Source: a bacterium (GTDB taxonomy: Bacteria > Zhuqueibacterota > Zhuqueibacteria > Oceanimicrobiales > Oceanimicrobiaceae). From it: a DNA stretch of 11,035 nt. This document shows positions 1 to 6,541 of the stretch, piece after piece. Below the pieces are notes generated by a model. The model was not told the origin of the DNA, did no database searches, and worked only from the letters and a program-made list of their open reading frames with translations. Both the position numbers and the translations under genes were made by a program. Each line of letters opens with the position of its first letter. The first letter of the stretch is position 1. Location of the stretch: positions 1-11,035 of the forward strand of contig JBHHXT010000162.1 of the NCBI GenBank assembly GCA_046757165.1, given 5' to 3'.

Positions 1-980
1 CGGCGGTGCTTTACTGCCTGCCAGCCATCTTCAAAACGGCTGTTAATGCAACCCCGGACCGCCGCCTTTATCGTCTCATCATCAGCCCCGGTTCGTAATA
101 AGTCCTTTATGTTCAACACCGCCTCTCCGTACAGACACGTTTGCAGCATGCCTCTCGCCGTGATTCTGATGCGGCTGCAGGTTGCGCAGAACGTGCGGCT
201 GAATCCGGCAATAATCCCAACGAGGCCTTTAAAGCCCGGAATGGCATAGTTCTTGGAAGTCGAGGGAACATCATTGTCTATTTCAAATATATCCGGATAC
301 GCCTTTCGCAACACTCGCAAGACGCGGTTGTAATCCCAACGCGAGCTCCACTTTCCGTCAGCGCGGCCATTAAAGGGCATTTCTTCAATGAAACGCACAT
401 CAACCGCATAGTCCCGCGCGAGCTGCGATATGGAAATAACATCCGTAACACTACAAGAGTCCATCACCACCATGTTTATCTTCAAGGGGATGTCGAATTT
501 CAAGATTTTGTGGAAACACTTCATCACATCGTCAAAATGATCGCGGCGGGTAATTTTGTAGAATCGCTCCCTCTCCAGCGTGTCGAGACTGAGATTGATG
601 CCGGCGATCCCCAGGTCCTTTAATTCAGGGATATAAGGGGCCGCTAGCACGCCGTTGGTGGTGATGTGGATGTTTCGAATGCCTTCAATTTGGCGTAACC
701 GTCGCAGGAGCAACATGATATCTTTGCGCACAAATGGTTCCCCGCCGGTAATGCGCACTTTGCAGATGCCCATGTCAGCCAGCAGAAACAGGAAGCGTGT
801 GATCTCTTCGTAGGAAAGAATTTCTCTTCTAGGTAAAAAGCGAATGCCGTTTTCCGGCATACAGTACAAACAGCGAAGATTACACCGGTCAATAACGGAC
901 AGACGAACATACGAGATGCGCCGGCCAAAATTATCAACAAGTTGGGGAGGTTCGTTACAACTGTTGGTGCTTTCTCTCAT
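1..980 (-). CDS. moaA: GTP 3',8-cyclase MoaA (molybdenum cofactor biosynthesis radical SAM enzyme); 3' end lies beyond the left window edge
   Basis: Manual translation from ATG at 980 is open to the edge: MRESTNSCNEPPQLVDNFGRRISYVRLSVIDRCNLRCLYCMPENG...KVRITGGEPFVRKD...HITTNG...INLSLDTL...VRFIEEMPFNG...GFSRTFCATCSRIRITARGMLQTCLY. It has the radical-SAM CxxxCxxC, the GGEP motif and the C-terminal Cx2Cx13C cluster motif of MoaA. It is absent from the ORF track because there is no stop codon inside the window. Confidence 0.96.
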   Translation of the reverse strand, partial: MRESTNSCNEPPQLVDNFGRRISYVRLSVIDRCNLRCLYCMPENGIRFLPRREILSYEEITRFLFLLADMGICKVRITGGEPFVRKDIMLLLRRLRQIEGIRNIHITTNGVLAAPYIPELKDLGIAGINLSLDTLERERFYKITRRDHFDDVMKCFHKILKFDIPLKINMVVMDSCSVTDVISISQLARDYAVDVRFIEEMPFNGRADGKWSSRWDYNRVLRVLRKAYPDIFEIDNDVPSTSKNYAIPGFKGLVGIIAGFSRTFCATCSRIRITARGMLQTCLYGEAVLNIKDLLRTGADDETIKAAVRGCINSRFEDGWQAVKHR

Positions 981-1096
981 TTTTGAACTTTCTATTCACG
1001 CCGGATAGGCTAGTCTGTTTCCAAATTCACTCTCTCGGCCTCATATCAGATTTTGAGAGATGGCAAGATATTTTTTTATTCAAATCGCATTGAAAG

Positions 1097-1597
1097 CTAC
1101 TTCACGGAGTGCATAACCCCTTTCATGGTTACAAAATGTCCCGTGAAAGTACAGGTGTAAGGATAGTCCCCCGGGGGCGGAACTACGAATTCCACTTCGG
1201 TTTTCTGCTTCGGCGCTGCCATTGGCGTGTAGAATAAAATGTTTTTATCATCGGGAATAAACTGTTTGGCTACCCCCGCCGTAATGGCAGCTACGCCAAT
1301 CTTGTTTATGTTCGACCCCGGTTTCAAAATTACCACATTATGTTTCATAGCAGGGGCGGTTGCAGTGTTATCCATAATGATTTTCACTTTGGCGCCGGCT
1401 TTCACCGTAAATTCAGTTTCTTTATATTTCATTTCATTTCCGACAGGATGGATCACAACGACTTGTACGTCGTCTTTCTTGCTTTTTGACTTGTTTTGCG
1501 CTCCGCGGACCACGGCATGGGCCTCTTTCCCACTGTAATAGCAGACTCCACTTATGACACAGCACGCCAGCAGCATTGCAAAGAACTCGCGAATCAT
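1097..1597 (-). CDS. Exported type-1 (blue) copper protein, azurin/auracyanin-like cupredoxin
   Basis: 166 aa with type-1 Cu ligands: His in MKHNVV and the C-terminal loop CTFTGHFVTM (C-x4-H-x3-M, the azurin spacing). A hydrophobic N-terminus ends in a possible AHA signal-peptidase site. SD AAGGAG lies upstream of the ATG. Confidence 0.9.
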   Translation of the reverse strand: MIREFFAMLLACCVISGVCYYSGKEAHAVVRGAQNKSKSKKDDVQVVVIHPVGNEMKYKETEFTVKAGAKVKIIMDNTATAPAMKHNVVILKPGSNINKIGVAAITAGVAKQFIPDDKNILFYTPMAAPKQKTEVEFVVPPPGDYPYTCTFTGHFVTMKGVMHSVK

Positions 1598-1756
1598 CTC
1601 TGGTCTCCTTATTTCATGAACAAGTCCCTAAACCCATTAAACCAAATAAATCTCACGCAAAGTCGAAATCAAGCCCCCCCTTTTGAGTATCAAAATAAGA
1701 GAAGACAGGTGCGCGGTTAGGCAGATTAGGGCCGCATACCCGCACAGGATTAGTCC

Positions 1757-1795
1757 AAACGCTGACCTTCTTGATGCTAAAGAAGGTCAGCGTTT
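1757..1795 (-). terminator. Perfect 16-bp stem-loop 13 nt downstream of the porin stop; terminator or mRNA-stabilising hairpin
   Basis: AAACGCTGACCTTCTT (1757-1772), 7-nt loop, AAGAAGGTCAGCGTTT (1780-1795). There is only a short U-run (GUUU), so termination may be partial. Confidence 0.6.
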
Positions 1796-1808
1796 CAGGC
1801 GGCTGGTT

Positions 1809-3107
1809 TTAGAATTCCAATTGCAACCTGGCAAATATTTCATTAACGGTATCCTTGTCAAAACCCTGGTAATTGGCTTTTGCGGCATCCCCTAGTAGGG
1901 CGATGGCACCGCCAAATTGCAGGTTCATGTTCTTTCCAAGGGTTTCAGTGAATTGGACTCCAAACTCTGTGCCTAAATCCTTGTCCGTCGCGCTGTTGAA
2001 GGTAGGCATGTCCTTGTTTGCTCGAAAAAGGGCACCCATGCCTTGGATAGAAAGTCTATCACTTACGGGAATGCTAATTTGGGCCTGAACAGTGGTAAGA
2101 CCGTACCCCCGGTTGCTAACTTCAAACCCAAAGTCATTCACATCCGAAGGGCCATGGGGACTGAAGATATACGAATACCCCCAGTAGCCACCGGTTCCCA
2201 ACAGACCTTGTAGCGTGTGAAAGCCTTCACCGCCTTTGTCGCCGGATGAAAAAACCGCCAGGATGCTTAGGTCTGATTTTCCCAGGGCAAAAGAACCTTC
2301 CCCCCTCACAAGCACGCCGCTGGCATCTTCGCCTCCGTTTGAAATGAGTTTACCGCTATTATACAGGAAGACACCACGTAATTTTGTGCTCCCAACATTC
2401 AAGTTAACATGAGGACCTACCCAGGTCTGACGAAAGGTCAGGTCTGCTACATCAGACAGGATGAGGTTTCCGTAGACACCGTAAAAGTGGACGCCAAAAT
2501 TACCGTGAGAAAAGTCAGAACTCAGGTCGCCGATCAAAAAGTGCTCATCCTCATCCTCGATTTCGGAATTCCGAAAAGATACACCTTCAATCAATCTTAC
2601 ATAACCGACTCGATAGTTTACCTTGTCTGAACCACCCGTCAAGGTTACGCCACCAACGTTGAAGTCCCAATCTCCTGAGAAAATCATCTGGTCAACTTCA
2701 TCATTCAAGGGCAAAATTCCGGCTGTAATTTTGGCTTTGCCAACCGGGAAGTATAGATATCCATACCGCACGCCTCTTGCCTGCAGCCGGTTAAAGGGAT
2801 TCACCGCATAAGCGCCCCTGGGGTCGCTGTCTGCAGGAGAACTGCCGCCCCATCCGCCGCGAAATTCCATCTGTAGGAATCCGCCGACATTATCCTCGGT
2901 ATGAACGTCAAAATTGAGCCGGAGGCGTTGCCGGAAGAAGTCATACTGATTACCAGCCCCTATCCTGGAGCTATTGTACATCACCCGGTACTGGATCCCG
3001 AAGTCAATATTGTTGGCAATTTTTTTTAAGTCATCTGCCATCGCTACAGATGATAGCAGGGCTGCGAACAGAGCCAGTGCTAAGAATTTCCATAGTTTTT
3101 TTCCCAT
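1809..3107 (-). CDS. Predicted outer-membrane beta-barrel protein (porin-like, reminiscent of alginate-export-type porins)
   Basis: 432 aa with a Sec signal peptide (MGKKLWKFLALALFAALLSSVAMA|DD) and many alternating hydrophobic/polar Gly- and aromatic-rich segments (RLRLNFDV, GFLQMEF, LQFGGAI). It ends in a BAM beta-signal-like C-terminus FARLQLEF with terminal Phe. SD GGAGG. The family assignment is by pattern only. Confidence 0.82.
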   Translation of the reverse strand: MGKKLWKFLALALFAALLSSVAMADDLKKIANNIDFGIQYRVMYNSSRIGAGNQYDFFRQRLRLNFDVHTEDNVGGFLQMEFRGGWGGSSPADSDPRGAYAVNPFNRLQARGVRYGYLYFPVGKAKITAGILPLNDEVDQMIFSGDWDFNVGGVTLTGGSDKVNYRVGYVRLIEGVSFRNSEIEDEDEHFLIGDLSSDFSHGNFGVHFYGVYGNLILSDVADLTFRQTWVGPHVNLNVGSTKLRGVFLYNSGKLISNGGEDASGVLVRGEGSFALGKSDLSILAVFSSGDKGGEGFHTLQGLLGTGGYWGYSYIFSPHGPSDVNDFGFEVSNRGYGLTTVQAQISIPVSDRLSIQGMGALFRANKDMPTFNSATDKDLGTEFGVQFTETLGKNMNLQFGGAIALLGDAAKANYQGFDKDTVNEIFARLQLEF

Positions 3108-3153
3108 GATATTCCTCCGAGCCGTAGCATTCTTGAATATTAGTGGTTAATTT

Positions 3154-3182
3154 GTGGGGACAGAGGGACTCTCCATCCCCAC
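3154..3182 (-). other. Intercistronic RNA hairpin between aioA and the porin gene
   Basis: Minus-strand RNA GUGGGGAUGGAG-AGUCC-CUCUGUCCCCAC forms a 12-bp stem with two G-U pairs that form only in the mRNA sense. No U-tract follows. Confidence 0.6.
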
Positions 3183-3198
3183 CATTTCTCTCCTGACT

Positions 3199-5679
3199 TC
3201 AAGCTCGTTCTTTAAAGCTCATGTCCCTAATAAGCGTATTGTTTCTGCCAATTCGCTTGATATTGGCCACCGTACCTTTGTAGTAAGGAATCTTGGTGTC
3301 CGGATCGACAAAATCGGTCACGAGGTTGTTCATTGCTGAGTTGGGGAAGGCAAACGCCATGAACACTTCCTTTGGCCGGACCTCATCGGAGGTCACAGCG
3401 ATGGCCCTGGTGCTGCCATAATCATTGTAAAGCAGGACGATGTCCCCGTCTTTCGTCCCCAGTTCTCTCATGTCTTGTTCATGGATAAATACCGGCGCCA
3501 TGGGGTACCTGCTTTTGGTAAAAGCCATCTTCAAGGTGTGGTAATTTGTCTGCCACATGTGGTTAATCCGGCCGTTGTTCACCCAGTATTTATATTTGCC
3601 CTGCATTCTTGTGATCTGTTCCGGCATCTTCGGCTGAGGCGTGGGCAGGAACATCGCTTTGCCGGATTTGGTGCCGAATTTATTGTCCCCATAAAGGAGG
3701 CGTGTTCCGACAAGTTTGCCGTTTTTGTACTCTTTGATGGGCAATTGCACGCCGTTATTTCCGGCTTCTCTCAGGCGTTCATAGGTCGCCAGATGGCCGT
3801 TTCCACCGCCCTGGGAATCGATCTTCTCCAGGTGCGCCCGTCTGAAGCCATCGTTGAATGCATCCTCCTCGGTCTTCCAGTCAAAGCCGGAAAAACGTTT
3901 TGCCATTTCGGCATTCCCGGCGTTTTGAAACTCAGTCTTGATGGCATTGGCAATATCGGCAGCGACAAGGCAGTCGGGTTTGGAGCTTCCCGGGGGGTTG
4001 ACCACTTTTTCGGAGAGTCGCAATCGCCTTTCTCCGTTCATAGAAGTCAGGTTCATCTCCAGGGTTGTGGCTGCGGGCAAGACCACATGTGCAGATTTCG
4101 TAGAAGGTCTGGGATAGATATCAATATTAATCACGAATAAGCCGCCGTCATTTTTGACCGCTTCGTAGATCTTGTCAGCCAGAAAATCGAGGTCGGCGCC
4201 TTCATAGCGGTCCATGACTTTCTTCACGATTTCGGACCTTCTCATCATCGCCTCCCTGAAATTTTCGGCATCCAGGGTAGCGCTGAACGGGTCGCAGGCC
4301 CAGATGAACATGACTTTGTAATCGCCCTTCTTGATATGCTCATCGATAACCGGAAGATTTTTCCGGCCAGGACCGGCATAGGGTGGTCTGGCATATCCTT
4401 CCTGGTGGCCGCCGCCCCGGCAAACGCCTGTGCCAACGCGACCGACCGACTGAGTCACCAGGGCCAGGTTGACGATGGAGGCAATGCATTCATAGTTCTT
4501 GATACCCCAGATCACGCCCTTTTCATAAAGGATGGCATTTCTCGGCCGGTGGCCGCTCTTTTTGGACCTGGCCAGCCATTCAGCCGCTTGTTTCAACTGC
4601 GCTTCCGGAACTCCCGTCACACTGGAACAGTCACGCAGAGAAGTTTTGTTCACTTTATGAGCTTGTTCAAAATTCTCTGTATGTTTGCTCATAAAATCTT
4701 TTGCGTTCCAGCCCTTTTCAACAATATAGGTAACCAGCCCGTTCATCAAAGTCACATCCGTTCCCGGCTTTAGTTGCAGATGAAGCACATTCTCTTTCCC
4801 CGCCAATTTCTCAGCGGTTTTTGCCGTCACGGTTCTTCTGGGGTCAACAATAATGATTCTTCCTCTGTCGGCGGTTTCTCCGCGGTCGAATTCTTTTTTC
4901 TTATTCTCAATCGATTCGCCGTTCAGATTTTTCATATAATGAGCGAAGAAAAGGTTGGTTTGGCACTCTACCGGGTTGGCGCCAATGAGCATGATCGTAT
5001 CGGCAAGTTCAGTATCATAATAGCTGTGATTCAATTCACCAATCCCCATTTCCCGCGTGGAGTGAACCTCTGAGTTATAGGCCGGCCGGTTATGAATTCT
5101 GGCGGATTCTGTTCCGATGGCTTTAAAAAACAGTTTGCCCGTCCCCCAGGTATTCTCAAAACCGCCGCCACCGCCGCCATGATCAAAGGTCGACATGGCA
5201 ATGTCGTTTGGGCTGTCGTTGTCGAGCACTCTCTTTATGACCTTTGCAACTAAAGATGTGGTCTCTGCCCAGGTGGTCTCATACAGGTTTCTGCCGCGAT
5301 AAATCATGGGTTCCTTGAGCCGGCTGCTGGTCTCGCCGCTGGCGGTGAACAATGTACTGGCCATCATCCCGCCGCGCACCGAATAAAGCCCCTCATTGAC
5401 CACACAATCGTGATCAGGAATGACCATGACATGATATTTCTTGCCCTTTTCTTCTACCACATTCACCATTTTGGGAGATGCCCACACGCCATCGACAGGC
5501 TGCTGTTGGGAGAGGTCCAAGCCGAAGACATTTTGACTGGGTTTCTTGCCCCCCTCCTTGCCGACAGGCCATTTGTAGGCTGTATAGCCACATCCGACGA
5601 TGCAGAACTCACAGGTCACGTTTTTGACTTCCGCATTCTTGGGCGGAATGGGGATTCTATTATCACCTTGAATAGACAT
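3199..5679 (-). CDS. aioA: Arsenite oxidase large (molybdopterin, [3Fe-4S]) subunit AioA
   Basis: 826 aa. It has the C23-x2-C26-x3-C30...S100 [3Fe-4S] motif and the AioA signature segments FDHGGGGGGFENTWGTGKL, RIHNRPAYNSEVH (H196, A200, E204), YEKGVIWG, CRGGGHQEGY, EMNLTSMNGERR, FDWKTEEDAFNDGF and IPYYKGT. It has no signal peptide of its own. SD AAGGAG. Confidence 0.97.
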   Translation of the reverse strand: MSIQGDNRIPIPPKNAEVKNVTCEFCIVGCGYTAYKWPVGKEGGKKPSQNVFGLDLSQQQPVDGVWASPKMVNVVEEKGKKYHVMVIPDHDCVVNEGLYSVRGGMMASTLFTASGETSSRLKEPMIYRGRNLYETTWAETTSLVAKVIKRVLDNDSPNDIAMSTFDHGGGGGGFENTWGTGKLFFKAIGTESARIHNRPAYNSEVHSTREMGIGELNHSYYDTELADTIMLIGANPVECQTNLFFAHYMKNLNGESIENKKKEFDRGETADRGRIIIVDPRRTVTAKTAEKLAGKENVLHLQLKPGTDVTLMNGLVTYIVEKGWNAKDFMSKHTENFEQAHKVNKTSLRDCSSVTGVPEAQLKQAAEWLARSKKSGHRPRNAILYEKGVIWGIKNYECIASIVNLALVTQSVGRVGTGVCRGGGHQEGYARPPYAGPGRKNLPVIDEHIKKGDYKVMFIWACDPFSATLDAENFREAMMRRSEIVKKVMDRYEGADLDFLADKIYEAVKNDGGLFVINIDIYPRPSTKSAHVVLPAATTLEMNLTSMNGERRLRLSEKVVNPPGSSKPDCLVAADIANAIKTEFQNAGNAEMAKRFSGFDWKTEEDAFNDGFRRAHLEKIDSQGGGNGHLATYERLREAGNNGVQLPIKEYKNGKLVGTRLLYGDNKFGTKSGKAMFLPTPQPKMPEQITRMQGKYKYWVNNGRINHMWQTNYHTLKMAFTKSRYPMAPVFIHEQDMRELGTKDGDIVLLYNDYGSTRAIAVTSDEVRPKEVFMAFAFPNSAMNNLVTDFVDPDTKIPYYKGTVANIKRIGRNNTLIRDMSFKERA

Positions 5680-5734
5680 TTCATATCTCCTTAATCATAA
5701 TTAATTTTGGTGTGCCTGATTGGAGGTTCAAGTA

Positions 5735-6229
5735 TCATTTTCGTGTATACTCCAGGTCCAGAATGTTAGAGACTCGCCCGAAGATGAGACCATCAACACC
5801 AACCGCATAAACATCATTATCTTTTACCTCGAGTTCAATTCTGGGAAGCCTGACGGTAGCTTGCCCGCAAATTTCCTGCGCATTCTTTTCAGCATCAAAT
5901 CTCGAGAAATGGCAAGTGCATTCAAAGACCTTTGCTTCAGGTTGATAAAGAACCGGGCATCCAGTATGCGGGCACTGTAAGCTATAAGCAACAACGCCGG
6001 CGTCGGGCACATAGATTGCCAGGCAAGGAGATGAATCGTCCGGAAAAGTGAAGGCCATCTGACCCGAGGTCTTGATCTCGTCAAATGAGGCTATCTTTTG
6101 GTCCGGATAGGGCAGATAGGTTGTTCCTGCGAGTTTCGGCCTGGCAAATACGGAACCTACCGGTGCAACCGCAAGAGCCGCCAATGTACTCGCTGATTTT
6201 TTGATAAACTCTCGTCTTGTAGTCTTCAT
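5735..6229 (-). CDS. aioB: Arsenite oxidase small Rieske [2Fe-2S] subunit AioB with twin-arginine signal
   Basis: TRREFIK Tat motif; Rieske boxes C86-P-H88-T-G-C91 and C104-T-C106-H107-F-S; AioB-like C-terminus GQAT..LPRI...AVGVDGLIFGR. It lies directly upstream of aioA. SD AGGAGG. Confidence 0.96.
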   Translation of the reverse strand: MKTTRREFIKKSASTLAALAVAPVGSVFARPKLAGTTYLPYPDQKIASFDEIKTSGQMAFTFPDDSSPCLAIYVPDAGVVAYSLQCPHTGCPVLYQPEAKVFECTCHFSRFDAEKNAQEICGQATVRLPRIELEVKDNDVYAVGVDGLIFGRVSNILDLEYTRK

Positions 6230-6269
6230 TGCAAGTATCCTCCTTTTTCAGTTTTGTAACATATTGTAT

Positions 6270-6286
6270 TTCAATTATCATACCAA
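6270..6286 (-). promoter_or_regulatory. Putative sigma54 (-24/-12) promoter of the aioBA operon
   Basis: The minus strand reads TTGGTATGATAATTGAA, i.e. GG-N10-GA against the consensus TGGCAC-N5-TTGC. Predicted +1 is near 6259, about 30 nt before the aioB ATG. The adjacent IHF site and the neighbouring sigma54 activator support the call; the -12 C is replaced by A. Confidence 0.7.
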
Positions 6287-6302
6287 GAAGGTAGAATAGA
6301 CG

Positions 6303-6315
6303 CAAGTAGTTGATT
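6303..6315 (-). promoter_or_regulatory. IHF-binding consensus site
   Basis: Minus-strand AATCAACTACTTG matches WATCAANNNNTTR exactly. It sits at about -44 to -56 of the sigma54 promoter, the usual position between promoter and enhancer. Confidence 0.65.
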
Positions 6316-6374
6316 TTACAGAGATTGATGCTTTGGTTCAACTGCGCAGAGACACCATAAAAAGCTTACTCGCT

Positions 6375-6409
6375 GGTCATATTTTGAAAGGCGGCGGTCA
6401 AGAATTGAA
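6375..6409. promoter_or_regulatory. Candidate upstream activator sequences (tandem GGTCA-N4-TTGAA)
   Basis: GGTCAtattTTGAA (6375-6388) and GGTCAagaaTTGAA (6396-6409) start 21 bp apart, and each has a TCA-N5-TGA palindromic core. They lie about -116 to -150 from the predicted aioB +1. Confidence 0.5.
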
Positions 6410-6425
6410 GCTCATCATTACAGTA

Positions 6426-6454
6426 TTGACACATACAATATTTTTTACTACATT
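6426..6454 (+). promoter_or_regulatory. Putative sigma70-type promoter for the kinase/regulator genes
   Basis: TTGACA (6426-6431), 17 nt, TACATT (6449-6454), ending 87 nt before the kinase ATG. Confidence 0.55.
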
Positions 6455-6541
6455 TGTCATATCTCTCCTTCTTAGATACGTCTTTGCGTGATATTCTGAA
6501 TGCGGTGAAAGACTCACAGCACTATCAAACCCGCAATTGGC

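Noticed and set aside
46..940. ORF-track entries 46..249, 141..623 and 644..940; apparent absence or frameshift of a gene here
   Set aside because: They are antisense or off-frame shadows of an uninterrupted moaA frame (980 to the edge). There is no frameshift.
1540..1597. Lipoprotein lipobox in the cupredoxin signal (LLAC)
   Set aside because: The Cys is at position 12, early for a signal peptidase II site, and an AHA type-I site follows at residues 26-28. This cannot be settled without SignalP.
3475..5073. Long plus-strand ORFs (221, 145 and 99 aa) inside aioA
   Set aside because: They are antisense shadows of a conserved gene and have no recognisable motifs.
3199..6229. Iodate reductase IdrAB or ArxA/ArrA instead of AioBA
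   Set aside because: Gene order is Rieske subunit first, then large subunit. No cytochrome c peroxidase-like idrP genes are adjacent, the AioA-specific HNRPAYNSE and GGHQEG motifs are intact, and Arx/Arr use a four-Cys [4Fe-4S] motif and non-Rieske partners.
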